This document shows positions 13,712 to 25,948 of a stretch of DNA of 64,000 bases, one piece after another. Positions within the stretch are counted from its first letter, which is position 1. The number at the start of each line of letters is the position of its first letter. Origin of the DNA: Nymphaea colorata (lineage: Eukaryota); assembly GCF_008831285.2 (NCBI RefSeq), contig NC_045138.2, positions 33,852,001-33,916,000 of the forward strand. Reading direction: 5' to 3'. Under the pieces are notes generated by a model. The model worked only from the letters and a program-made list of their open reading frames with translations, made no database searches and was not told the origin of the DNA. The position numbers and the translations under genes were made by a program.

Positions 13712-14057
13712 AAAGTTGATTGGAGTATGTATATATCACAAAGTTGATTGGAGCATGAACATTTCTTTTCATTGCGTCGAAGTAAGCTTGATTTGGCTGG
13801 TTTGTGGCATATTATGTCCGCAAGTTTCTCGAGGCGTTCATCGTGCTTTTGGTTATCTGACTCTAGTTTGTACTTAACAGGAAAAGCAGCCTCAGAGACC
13901 GTGGCCGAAGGATCAGATATGGGTTTTCAAAAGCACTCAGCTCTTGTACGGGAGCCCCATGTTGGATGCTGTTATAAACAACTCATCTTTGGACAGGGAG
14001 ATGATGCAGTGGTTAAGGACCAGGCCCACCGTGTCTCAAGCTTCGTGGGACCAATGA
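1581..14057 (+). CDS. ATXR3: Histone-lysine N-methyltransferase ATXR3/SDG2 (H3K4me3 writer), 19 coding exons, about 2267 aa
   Basis: Starts MGDGGVACV, typical of the family. Two GYF-like motifs (WFYLDHLGIERGPS, WYYLNGAGHEQGPS), an F-box-like segment (WGLLNNRILARIFHFLRAD), SET (GLGVVCNK...VEFLGEVYP...HKANYASRICHSCRPNC...EEITFDYN) and post-SET CLCGSQVCRG. GT-AG exons with consistent phases: 1581-3156, 4104-4160, 4261-6038, 6126-6707, 6803-6903, 7019-7859, 7947-8150, 8231-8302, 10167-10277, 10359-10459, 10875-10974, 11053-11148, 11372-11539, 11621-11746, 11840-11893, 12706-12953, 13039-13147, 13242-13544, 13881-14057 (6804 nt, ends TGA). Confidence 0.95.
2058..2333 (+). repeat. Coding 42-bp (14-aa) tandem repeat RSPSxSxRHxDRHA in ATXR3 exon 1, about 6.5 units
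   Basis: RSP units start at 2058, 2100, 2142, 2184, 2226, 2268 and 2310, an exact 42-nt period. Confidence 0.9.
12100..12466. repeat. About 181-bp direct tandem duplication in an ATXR3 intron
   Basis: taacacgaacttgagtg...cctcgatctgtt...gttcagtaggtggtggg...caaacatgtatgtgtgtg...ggtggaa occurs at about 12100-12280 and again at 12281-12466 with few differences. Confidence 0.9.
13680..13755. repeat. (TA)n microsatellite followed by a 28-bp tandem duplication
   Basis: TA run at about 13681-13707; atatatcacaaagttgattggag occurs twice. Confidence 0.8.
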
Positions 14058-15421
14058 CGAGGGGGAGGAGACACACTTGTTTTGGAATGATTATTTTTTT
14101 TCCATTCAAACTTCGCAGCTTCTCGTTGTGCGGGAGTTGGGTAATCATTTCAAAACACGTTTGTGTTTCCTCCCTTCTAATTCTATGTACAGTTTTCTGT
14201 TTTCATTTTATGCTTCATATTAATTCATCATGTATCATGACTTAATTAGAATTCAAGAATAGTAACATTCACCATTCTTCTGACCATATTGGTTCCTCTT
14301 TCTGACTACTACTGAAAGTGTGTCCTGGCTTTTGGCTTTTGGGGCATCTCTAAACTAGCACCGACGCAGCCTGAAGTTCGATGGAGAGTCGGAGGTGCAC
14401 CGATGCAGGTGGATCGGCATGATGCAGCCCGGCTATATGTTGACGTAGTTCTGGATTAATATCTGTGCAATTCTTGCAGTCTACGCTTGCTAGCGGAAAG
14501 AACCGACTGACCTGTTTTGGTTCCAAGAACATCAGCTTAGTTGGAACCTTCTGGTCCTTCCGGAGCCTAAGCCGAGCAGCCTTTATGATTGTGGAACAGG
14601 TCCAACCTGCAACTCAGATGTGCATAAATCATGATTTCTGGAAGTCTTCAGAATTTCATAGAACCCTTGCTTTCCAAGTTGGTAATTGGCGAGCCTCATT
14701 TTTCAAAAGGTTTCTCTTCCGAAAAGAAATCCTCCCCACCAAAATCACAAGGGGAAAACTAAAATGAACAGGAAGACAGACAAAAAACAGGGAGATGACC
14801 CGACGCTCTTTCAGTATGGGAGCGAGTAAAAGCAGAACCTCAATTACCTTATGCCATACCCACATAAACGAAAGGCTCTGGTAGCAAAGCTTAGGCTTTC
14901 GAATATGGGTTTGATGTACTAACCATCTATACATTCTCTCGCGAACAACCTCTACCCCCTCTTCTTTTCCTATTTTCATTGATCTCAGGTTCTAACAACT
15001 TTTCATCCTCAATTGGAATTTGCTGACAAAGGTTGCTGCAGAGTTTCTTACTCAGGATTTGGTATGCAAGTTCCTCGCGTCGTAAGAACGAAGAAGCTTC
15101 ACGTGATGAAGCGCCAGCGATAAGCAATTGGGGCGTTGGCAAGATTGTGGCTAATCCATCCGGTCTGTGATGCTGATCGAGAAGCAGAGATCTTCTTGTT
15201 TCAAATTCCTTTTGGGTACATTCCAAATGTGTAAAAAATATTCCTTTGATTTAATTGGTCCTAAGTTTCTTCTAGATTCTGGTAAGAAGGCAGGAGCCCT
15301 AAGCCTTCGTATTATATGATGATGAAACTTATGGCTCTATTAGTAGCAGAGTTTGTAAAGCATGTCTAAACTTATGTAAGAAATCGGGATATATAGTTTG
15401 GTAGTTGGATCTTGACGTACC

Positions 15422-15453
<32 letters not shown>

Positions 15454-16529
15454 GAGAGAATTTCTGTCTTTTTTTTTTTCCTTTTTCGAAAGCGGTTTTT
15501 AGCGAAAGCGAAATTCTTCAACAAGCATGCTGATATAAACCGGAAAAGGTGCCAAAACCAATTTTATCCTGGGGTCGTCTCGTCGTCCTGCCACAAACAC
15601 AGGAAGCCATCGCCTTCATGTGATGGACTCACGGTCACGGGGGTCCAAAAGAAGAATGCTCTTTCCCTGCTTTGATTCTTGCAGCTCGAGGCCGCCTTTC
15701 CTGGTATGATCCCCGCCATAAGCTAGGGCACATCGGATGGCGGTGGCGGAGTTGTTGTCGATCCTATACAAACGGCGCCGCCCTGCCTGCCTGAAGCATC
15801 CTCTTCCGGTTTAAAGAAGATGGGGGTGGGAACGGCCTGATCCCTCCATGAAATCTCTTTCGAGGGGGGGGGCTTCTGCAGATCTGATACGATGGCATCT
15901 CGTTGGTGATGTTTACTGACCGCTCGAAGGAGAGATGCTTTCGCCTTCAGGGACCACCAACCAGAGTCCCGTCCCGCCTGTGCAGGTCGGTTGCAGAAAC
16001 CCTAGCAACATTTCCAGGAAGAAGAAGAAATCTTGGGTGGGGAAGGTGCGAGTTTCACGCCATTCGGCACATAAAAGAATATACCCTAAAATAACCCTTT
16101 AGATGGAGAGAAGATATCAATATGGACGGTCCGGATTGAAAGATGCTTTAGTTGGTGACCGATGAACAATAGCCTATCGAGCTCCCCTCACCCTTCCTGT
16201 CTGGGGGTTGGGAAACTTTCGGAGGCCTTTACAGATTGGCACGATGCCACGTGATTGCCTTTTCTTTAGCCAATGAGTTCTGTACGCGTTAAAGAAGGAG
16301 AGAGAGGGAGCAAATGCCTTCTTTCTCGTCCGTTCATCTTGATCGTTTCGATGCCGGATGTGGGGCTTCCCGCTCCTTTTGAGATGCCTTTCTTTCCTCC
16401 AGATGGACGGCGTCCGGAAGGAATCTCAAGATCGACCCTTTACGTTAGAGCTTTGGACGTGGCTTCCTCGTTGAGACATATAAATCCTAGCCGTCGGTTT
16501 TTCATATTTACAATCTCAGGCCTTCTGTC

Positions 16530-17250
16530 TTCATCAAGATGGCAATCTCAGCTTTTGAGCAACTAGTTCACGGAGGTGGCAATCGAAGCTATCAATGCAG
16601 AACTTGGTACAAGGACGGTAGGGACGGTCAATGGATTTCCTGGTGTGGTGGCTTCGAAGAGGATCTATATTTATCATTCGATTGGAACTTGCTCGAATAA
16701 AACAACCGATGGACAAACAAGTAGAAACAGTTTGTAACATGTTACGTGGTAAAGAAATGCATCTAAATCCCAAGCGATTAGCACAGTCAAGGGAAGACCC
16801 GGTGGGGGCACCTATTCATAGGCTTAAACTTCATTACGACCTTCTACCATTCAGAAATTTGCTGCATCTGCCTAATTATGTTTGCTTTAATCAAATTTGC
16901 GGCGACACTGCTATATTATGCGGTTAACTGTGGAGAACTTTGTTTAATAAGCACCTATATGCTAAATAAGTATTTCAAATAAGAAAATAATACATTGAAG
17001 AGCTAAATTTACATCTTTAGATGCATTGGAAACGTCCAAGAACAATTTGGTACCGCCAGAAAATCAGCATCTCAAAACCATATCGCAGCAATTAATATCA
17101 CTTATCCTAACTTAGATTTTCAGGTAAATCCTTGCTGAGGTTCAAGCAGCTCTTGACTTGGTTTAACACTATAGTCGGATTGAAGTTTAAAGAAATACTC
17201 ACTGCTGCCAAGTTGCTAACAGGCTGGATCTCGAACCAGATGCTATGAGG
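16530..17250 (+). mobile_element. Possible degraded LINE (L1-clade) ORF2 remnant
   Basis: Fragmentary translations RWQSQLLS and WISW..GGF..DL..F..LL resemble the plant L1 post-RT motifs (W...LLS.GGR, W.SW...GGLG..DL..FN.ALL). LAEVQAAL near 17133 is loosely RNase H-like. Many stops; recognised by eye only. Confidence 0.3.
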
Positions 17251-19020
17251 TTCAGGCTTTTTTAGCTGTACTGGGTTTCCAATTTGACCTAGCTACCAAA
17301 ATATTTAGCTGTTTCAAATCCAACCAGTTTGAGTCGTTACTGATGGCCGCCGGTGTCAATGCTTCGGACAATGTTTGACGTTGATTCACACTTAGTTCCG
17401 GTTTGTAAGTCTTCATAAACTTGAATCCAAGTATTGTAATGAAATGAGTTCCCATATAAAATATTCTTGCTGAATCTGATGCACACTTTAACTTAACAAA
17501 GATTTAAAATCCGATTGAGTCTTTTAAAAAAACTTAAAATTTGCAATTTGCAAATCCAAATCCTTATTCGGCTCCCAAACCTGGCAAGTAGGCCGTGTTT
17601 GATGGTTCTAAAATGGTAACAGCCGCATCGGGTCCCTTCAGGTCCTTGGATCCTCAAATTGGACATTATTTCGCGTCATAATGAGTTAAGGGTTTTGAGA
17701 GTTTCAGAAAAATAAGAGGCGCTTGTCGGAAAATTCACTAACTACAACGTGCCCCCGTTGCCCTCTCGCCGATCTCTTGATTTGCCTTTGCCGGGAACTG
17801 TTGTTGACGGGGCGAGATCGTCTTCGATATCGCCGTCATTTTTTGCCCGTAAGTTCATCCCTTGTTGTCACGCTCTGTGCCCATCCGATCTTCGACCTTT
17901 TGGGAATTTCAGAATCTTATCTTTATTTTGAGTTTTAGTGCCTTAATTTTTAAGTTCGTCGTGATTTTGTTAACCATCACGGTTTGGTTCTTATAGGGAG
18001 TTTTTATAGTCGTAAGGTGTTGATGCTCTTAGCATTTGCAATGAATCGTGGTTAGTTTCGACGGTTCATGGAGGTAGGGTTGGGTTGGTCTTTGCTTTCT
18101 AATTTCGGCCAATACGAAGAAATTTGTTGGAGGCAGGTAATTCCAGAATAGAGAAGGCTGGGACTGATGAGACGAACTAGGTTGTTTTTCTTTCGCAATT
18201 CCGGTTCTCTGTACGGTGGTTCCATTTGTGGATTATGGTGGGTTGCCTGCAAAATGTTTGGTGAAAAGCCTCAACAGCCATTTGCTTATGCTGCTGATGG
18301 GTAGTTTTGGTTTGTTAATTCGTTTCCTCTCTTCTTGCTGGTTTTGTCAGTTTAGTTATCGTTCGTTTGCATGATAAAAGTCTCCTGAAATGTTCTAAGT
18401 TGTTATACGGATTTAGCGATGATTCATCCATCTGACTGAAGCCTACAGATGCTTGCTGTCCTAAACAACTATTAGATCTTCAGTTCTTGGTTCAACTTAT
18501 GTTATTATGTGCTACGTACAGAAGATAGCTAGTGCTGGCAAGATTATGTCATATGGAGTTCCTGCCCAACATCGATTACTAGTTTCTCGGTCCAACAGCA
18601 CTGCAGGATAATACTTCACGGGAACAGGGTCTTAGGGATGGACTTTGATAAGAGAACAATTTCTTGGTTTATCTAATTCTGAAAAATGTAGTTTCTAATC
18701 TTTTTTTTGTTTTGATGGACTTCTTCGTGAGCATTTTTCTTCTCAAGAGTTGAACGGTCTTCAAATGGCTGTCTTTTTCTTTCTCTTAAAAGAAAGATGG
18801 TAGTCTAGCTATTCATTGTCTATTGAAGAGTAAGCATTTCGTTCTTGGAAAGCAGTTGATTTTACGCGTGACATGAAACGTAGATTTTTCTGCTCCATGT
18901 ATTCAACTACTTAGGACTTACTGATTTTTGTTCTTTTCTGATTTTAAACAGTGGTTTCTGATTTGAAGGTAGTGGTTATCCGTGTACAATCATCACTACA
19001 GGCAAGAGACAGAAGAACAG

Positions 19021-19377
19021 ATGGAACTAGCAGACAAGGCCGTAGGCTTGGTGCTGTCCTTAATCAGTTTGTCCATCTTCACCTATTACACATTCTGGGT
19101 CATCATTCTGGTTGGTTTCCGTGCAATCCTAGATCTTGCTTTTGAGTTCCCACGCCTCACTTAGAAATTTTCTTTCATTTGGTTTATCTCTTGCATTTAT
19201 TTATTTGTCTTTAATTTGCTGCAGCCTTTTGTGGACAGTGATCACTTCATCCACAAGTACTTTTTGCCAAAAGAATATGCACTGATTATACCCATTTTTG
19301 CTGGTGTTTCACTTCTCAGCTTCCTGTCCATGTTTATTGGGTATGTGATGCAGAAATCTAAAAGAAAATCAGCTTGA
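19021..19377 (+). CDS. DPM2: Dolichol-phosphate mannose synthase subunit 2, 80 aa
   Basis: Exons 19021-19110 and 19225-19377 give [80 protein letters not shown], with the DPM2 [13 protein letters not shown] motif. Probable 5'UTR intron at about 17849-18951. Confidence 0.95.
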
Positions 19378-19762
19378 TTTAAGTGATGCAATCTTTGTCT
19401 TGTGCTTTTGCTTTTCTGAGGCACTGTATTCTCTCTCCTCTGTTATCTTGGTTTTTGGAAGGTAAAGGAAGTTAGTGACTTGAGTGAGGTTCATGGTTAT
19501 GGAACAAGGGTATTTTTAGAAAAAAGTTGCTTGTCTTTTTTGCTCACAAATGCAATATATTATTTGCGCTCTCTCTCTCTCTCCGTGTCTCATTTGTTGG
19601 TATTCTGTAGGAAACATGCATTTCATTCAACTATTATATCAGATCATTCAGGAAAGGGTGAGGGACGAGAGGAGAGAGAGCCGTCTCATGTGCTGCTTCT
19701 ATGTCGTCTTTACATTCCTCAGCGTCACGAAAATACGCATGGCGATTGGCCGTCTCTCTCTT

Positions 19763-19793
<31 letters not shown>

Positions 19794-20055
19794 TTGTATA
19801 CGTGCGTGCGACCATTTTAAATATCAGACATGAATTTGCGGGGAAACTTCGCTTTTTTGCTTTTCGTGCTCTCCATGAATGGCCAAACAATTTTATTGCT
19901 CTCATGAGAACAAATTTATTGCTCTCGTGAGAACTAAAACCAGGGGAGGGCCAAACAAATTTACTGCTCTCATGAGAACTAAAATCAGGCAGGAGACGAG
20001 AAAAGGAGAATGATGTCAATTGCATTGGTAACTTCGCCTCCACATACCCTGCTTC

Positions 20056-23000
20056 TCATACTTTCCCTCCAACACTGCTTTCAATTCCAGCCATGGTATC
20101 ATACAGTGGTTGGTTCAAAGTTTCCGGCAAGTAATAAGCCAGCAGCCCTCCCACGGTTGCACACGTGCCGAATGCTACAAAAGCGACACCACTTCCTGAT
20201 ACTACCACCAGCGGCGCCAGGATTGCGCCGACCTGCCCGGCTTGCGTAGCACATCCCAGTGCAGCGTTCCTCACCACCGTCGGGAACAACTCTGCTGTAT
20301 ATATGAATAACAGATTGAAGGTTGCTGCCACACCAAAAATTCCCATCACTCCCGAGATCATTCTTGCTACCATGTAATAATACCCTTTACTCAGCGCTAA
20401 GCACCCCGCGAAACAAGAGAGCCCACTAAAACACATTGTCATCATGGTCAAGTATCTCCTCCCTACCGTCGCCAAGAGCAGTGCTGTTATTGTATACGCC
20501 GGCATCTCAACAACGCTATTGAGAAAAACATTCAGATAAATGTTGGTCTGTAGATTGACGACGTTTAGGTTGAGGCCATAGTAAACAACGGCACAGGAAA
20601 AATTGATGATCACCATTAAGAACAACCTGAACCTAGTGATCGGTGATCTAATGACGTCAATGAGGTTGCCGGAGGCGGAACCACTGGGGCATATTTCTGT
20701 TTCATTTCTGTCAACGTTACTGCTGCTGCTATCATCAAGCGAGAGAGAGATTCCAGGAGGGAGATGGTTTCTGTTGCGATCGGCGATTTCGCGCATGATT
20801 TTCATGGCATCAGAGGGCCGGCCACGGACGAGGTACCAACGTGGGGATTCGTGGATGTTGGGGATGATGGAGAGAACGAATAGGAGGGAGGGGATGGAGG
20901 TGATGATGTAGAGCATGCGCCATGAAGGGAACATGTAGGCTATGCCGGAGAGGATAGCAATGCCTGCAGAGAAGAAGTAGAAGGTTGACATGCCGGCAAC
21001 CCCACGCTTGCCGGGGCCTACAGGCTCAGTAGCTAATACAAATGCGGATAGGCCTACACCACCTGTGCTCACTCCAGTTAGGAAGCGGAGTATGAGGTAC
21101 ACCCAGTAGGTTGGTGAGGCAGCTGTTAGGAGACCCATAATGCCATTCAAAATGCACACTGTAGTAAGTGTTCCTTTCCTCCCCAGGAACGAATCAGAGA
21201 GATGACCGAATATTCCGGCGCCTGAAACGGAAAAAGAAATGGGGAGAAGATTTGGTATCAAATATCAAGGAGCACTTGCTTCATTCTATGATTGGCCAAC
21301 CATCAAATAGCTTTATATACGAAAATGCTCTGGTATTACAAATTGGAATCCTTGGTGTTTAGCAAACCAGCTCCAACCATTTCACAGAGGGTGGCTGTGA
21401 AATTTCTGATATTTGAACAACTTTGGATAATTGATTTATAGTCAAGCTATTTCCTTTCGTTAATCTCTCAGCCTTTGATCAGCAACCAAATGACCATTGT
21501 TTTGATTTTCAGACATTCCCATGTGTCGTTGCTTGAACTTATAATATTGGCTTAATGTCATCATTTTCCTGATCTTGTTTATGTAAAGAAAATTAATGAG
21601 TAAGTTAGGAAGGGATGTTTTCCTTTTAAACTTCATGGCCACTTTTTCATTTTTTTCTTTAATACAAGCAAACACTTGGCTGTACTGCCTTCTTCCTGTT
21701 CTTTGTTCCATCAGTCACGACAAAATACAACAACGCCATCATGCTTTTTTCTTTTTCCACAAAAATTTATTAATTCACAGGCCAGATTGCTCACCATGAT
21801 CTAGACTTCCGGTTGGTGGTTGTGAGAACAATGGAAGTACCTCTACTAGAAATTAAGTATCTAAAAAACTGCACTGGTGGGGCTTTTCCTTTTGTGAAGC
21901 TTTGGACCTTTACACGGGAAATCATTTTGTTATTGGCCCAAATTAACTCGCCTTTCATTTTCTCTAGTAAAATGTTCAAAGATTTACTAAAGGAAACAAC
22001 GAATTCATCATGTATCTTGTTGTTCAGAAGATCATCTGAATCTATGTCTTCAACAATATTATTTCAAATCGGCCCCAGCTTGAGCATAAACGTGTCAATC
22101 AAACTAATTTCCTTTGCAAAATTGACACCAGTAAATTCAAAAAAAGTGTTGGCAAAGTGATGTAAAATCACTTGCAATCACATGGATATGTATAAGCTGC
22201 TAACAGCAATAGAGTAACAGATGAATAATTGGCCTTAAACTTTGTCGGTCACTTCAAGAGTAACATGTTAAACATGTCAGTTTCTTGTTAGTTAGTGATG
22301 AACTTGATGATTTGTTTATTTTATTTTATTTTTCTTTGCAACGACAGATCTGTAGTTCATATCGTCGTCCATTCGTGGTAGGCAGAAACCATCTAGGACA
22401 TAATTTTAACTTTTTCTCGAGAACTGAATTCATATGACAATGAATAAGAATCAAAAGTCACACTCGATGAAGCAAGACTTCTTCGAAAGTTTTTCAATTG
22501 AGAAAACTCTACTACAGCTTGGAGACTTTCTCGCTCGCCGGCAATACAAACCTCGATGTTAGCATTCCTGGCAGTGAGCTAGAAATTTTGGCTACTGGAG
22601 GTGCACTAATTCAATAATTTTAATTGATTTTTTAGGGGCACTTACCCTACTTAATGTAAAAATGAACAAACATTGTGCGGCTCCGCCACTGGTTAGTGAC
22701 CATCATTAGACCTTTGTCCGCTTTAGTTGAGTCAAGAGGTTGATGCTTATAGAACAGTCACTGGCCCGACCATCCCGACCAGACCCACTAAAGTCTAAAT
22801 GAAGCTGTTGTCTTTAATTTGCCGTATTCTTGTCCTTACAAGCCAAAACGCTTCCCAACCAAAGTCCAACCACGTGAATGACAGCACAAGAAAAACCATT
22901 GGATTCCCCCCTATGAAAGAAGCACAAGCACGCACCTTTCCCCGTGCCATTGAAATTATGTCCTTTTGAATGTGTAGATAAGGTTTATATTTTTGTTTGC

Positions 23001-23783
23001 TATCGAAAAGAAACTATGCCTTCCTCTTAATGTATAGATGAGATTTTGTGAGATCATAAGTTATAGCCACTGATCCCTTAAGCCTAATTTATAAAATCAG
23101 TTTTCACCATCTAAACATTTAAATGTCAATTTCTAAGTGTTCAAACATCTACATGATCAATCTTGTATTGGAATTGGTTTACTATTAAATTTAATTTTGT
23201 GTGTCAGTCATTAATTTTGTTCTTTGCTTATTATCCGATCCCTGTTCTTGTGAAAACTACTCTGAGCTTCAATAATCAGAATATATGAGCTTCATCGATC
23301 AAAGATGTGTGTGTGCTCATGCACATGTGTGGATACGTGTTATGTGAACCGGGTCAATAGCTAAAAGAACTCACCGATCAAACATCCGGCGAAAAAGCCG
23401 GACTGAACCAAGCCGACCTTGTATCTTTCCGAGCAGACCAACCCCCACTCTGATACTGTTGACAGCCCTTTGCCGCCGATCCACTCCCACGAGCCCGGCT
23501 CCGACCCGCAAATAGTCGGCCCACAGGACGACGATCCCAGCTGGGTGCACCGCCAGCCCGGTTCTCTATCGGCAAATATCATGACCATGGTGTGAAATGC
23601 TTCCAGTGCCCAAGCTAGACTGGTGAGCACGAAGTGCCGGAGCTGCCAGATGCCGAACTCGCCTGAGAATTTCTGTAACATGGCATCAATGCCCAGCTTG
23701 GTGACGTCTCCGGGCTCAGGCACGGCATGGTCTGGAAGGAGAGGTGAGGCTATGCCCGGCTCCGGCATGGTTTTTCCGGCCAT
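20056..23783 (-). CDS. OCT4: Organic cation/carnitine transporter (MFS, SLC22-like; OCT4-like), 524 aa
   Basis: Exon 1 23783-23375 (donor GTGAGT) plus exon 2 21221-20056 = 1575 nt in frame. Motifs GEFGIWQLRHF, STVSEWGLVC, LSDSFLGRK, ESPRW, ELFPTVVRN and LPET. Confidence 0.92.
22568..22692. mobile_element. Small MITE-like remnant (GGCTCCGCCACTG end) in the OCT intron
   Basis: Ends in cggctccgccactg, with a left end like gagctagaaatttt. Similar ends occur at 53334-53516. Confidence 0.35.
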
Positions 23784-25948
23784 GGTTGTGAGGAAGACTT
23801 GGGATGTCTATGTGTAGAAGGAAGTGGTGCTGAAACGTTCGACGTCCTTTCCTCAGCCGGTAAGGCCGAGTGTATATACAGCGAGGGAGTATACGATTCT
23901 TTTATGTGATCAAGGGTGAGGATCCATCCACCGATGAACGGATTCTTCACCTTAGATTTTGACATGTGGATAGTGATGTTGCAGTCTGCACATTGGAGAC
24001 TGGTCTCTTGTTGTGCGGTTCATATTAAACTCATCTTCTAGAAACACGTCACACAACCAAATGAGATGGAGACCCCTATTCCGTCATCTCTTCACCAGCG
24101 CAAAAGATGACTAAAACCAACTGAAATTTGATCTCATCTGACCAATTTTCATACTTTTCTAATCAACGGACCATAAAACGAATATTGATGTTTCAAAGCT
24201 TAAGAAATTTACAATTCCAAGTTATAGAATCCAAACGGATCTCGGCCTTTGATTCTAGACTCTTACAAAATCTTATATAGTCAACAAACGAATGCCATTT
24301 TTTGATTTGGATAAACTCATTATATGGATACTGATCGGATATAGGAAAAAAAAATGCAACAGAGCAAGAAAAATAAAACACCATCATTAGATATATCCAG
24401 TGCATTTTCAAAATGCAGATTCATGCTTTCAACTGGCTCTTGATTTCTTTTTCAATTTGTTTCAACAGAATTGGCAAGTGAACAGAAAAATTTTTGACGC
24501 AGGTTCAAACCCTAACTTATCCAGCTCTGAGAAAATATTTGTGCAGATTACAGTTAGTGGATGATCTCTATGTATCTCTCCCAAAAGCTTGATTAACTCG
24601 AAGAAATGCTTGAACCTCTTTGAGCCGAAGTAGCATTCAGATTTCGAACTGCCAAGTTTTTTCCAGAGCTCAGCAACTGCATCCCTAACATTTTCGTTAC
24701 TGTCTATAACTTCAAGTTTTTCTCCCTAAACATGATCATTATCTTTTTCATCAACGCTTATCCGAACTCTATAGGCCAGCTTCTGTTTCTATTCCACGGG
24801 ACTCCTGCAATGGTCCCATTCCATTATTGATTACTTGCCAAGAACATGGTGGGCATAAATGTAGAAAGTAAGAATCAATTAGAATGGCATGTTGCATAAA
24901 AAAAACAGTATCAAATTACAGAGATTCTAATGAAGATTTCGATATTTAAGGCACAACAGACCATGAGAATGAACATGCTTCTATGGACAGATTCACAGAA
25001 GAAAAAAAAGAAAAAGCAGTAGGTGAACAACTCACGTTTACTTTGCCGGTCCTTCCAAATCTCAAGAACCTATTTAGATGGAGGCAACATAGGACAGAAG
25101 TACGCGTACAATTAATTTGGCTCATTTGAAAATTTTAGCAGAGTGAGGGAAGATGAGCACCGGAGTCCAATTTTTTTCAGCCAACATGCGTACAGTTACG
25201 ATAACTCAGACATAGCAATTAAGATCCAGGTGGGCTGGAGGAAGGACCTGGAATATCAAATATGTTGAGAAATGTACTTACAGAAATTGCGTGAACCTCG
25301 CTGCCACTGCAACCTAAGTCATTAGGGGCAGAAAATTGTGTCCTTTCAAATGCTTTTTTGGAATTCCTTCCATGTTCTATGATTTAAATTACAATTCCCA
25401 TTCTCTTTTCCTTTCCCCTCTTACTGCATGAGAAAAATTCTTCTACCCAAATTCCAGATCTTGTATTATCCCTCAAGGTGGACTTCTTAGTAGCTGAGAA
25501 AAGTACTGCTTAGGGGAGAAAATAGTGTCATTCAAAAGTACTCCTCGTGGACAAGCCTCAGAACAGATTATACATACATTAAAAGGAACCATAGCATGTC
25601 ATCAAAACAATATCAGGCCATTCCATGGATCACTGTATGGAGACTAGTGCCTAATTTTCGGTTTAGATCACTATCATCAAACTCCTGTTTCTACCGTCTC
25701 TCCTAACACATTGGAAGCATGTGAATACGCATTCCTTTGGAAGAGACTGTGATGATTTTATAATAGAACCGTGCTGTAACAGCCAACATACTCATTATAG
25801 TACAATGGACAGATTCTCAGTTTGCTTCTTTGTAAAGTGGCTTGGATAGGAAGTGATTTTGTACTTAGAGTCTAGAGATGCAAACCGCAGAAAGTTCAAA
25901 TTTGATACCGGTAAGTAAATTGGAGGTGACAAAATGCTCACACTTGCA

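Noticed and set aside
14140..15230. ORFs and possible splice sites after the ATXR3 stop
   Set aside because: No recognisable protein; may be 3'UTR with introns, but this cannot be supported without transcripts.
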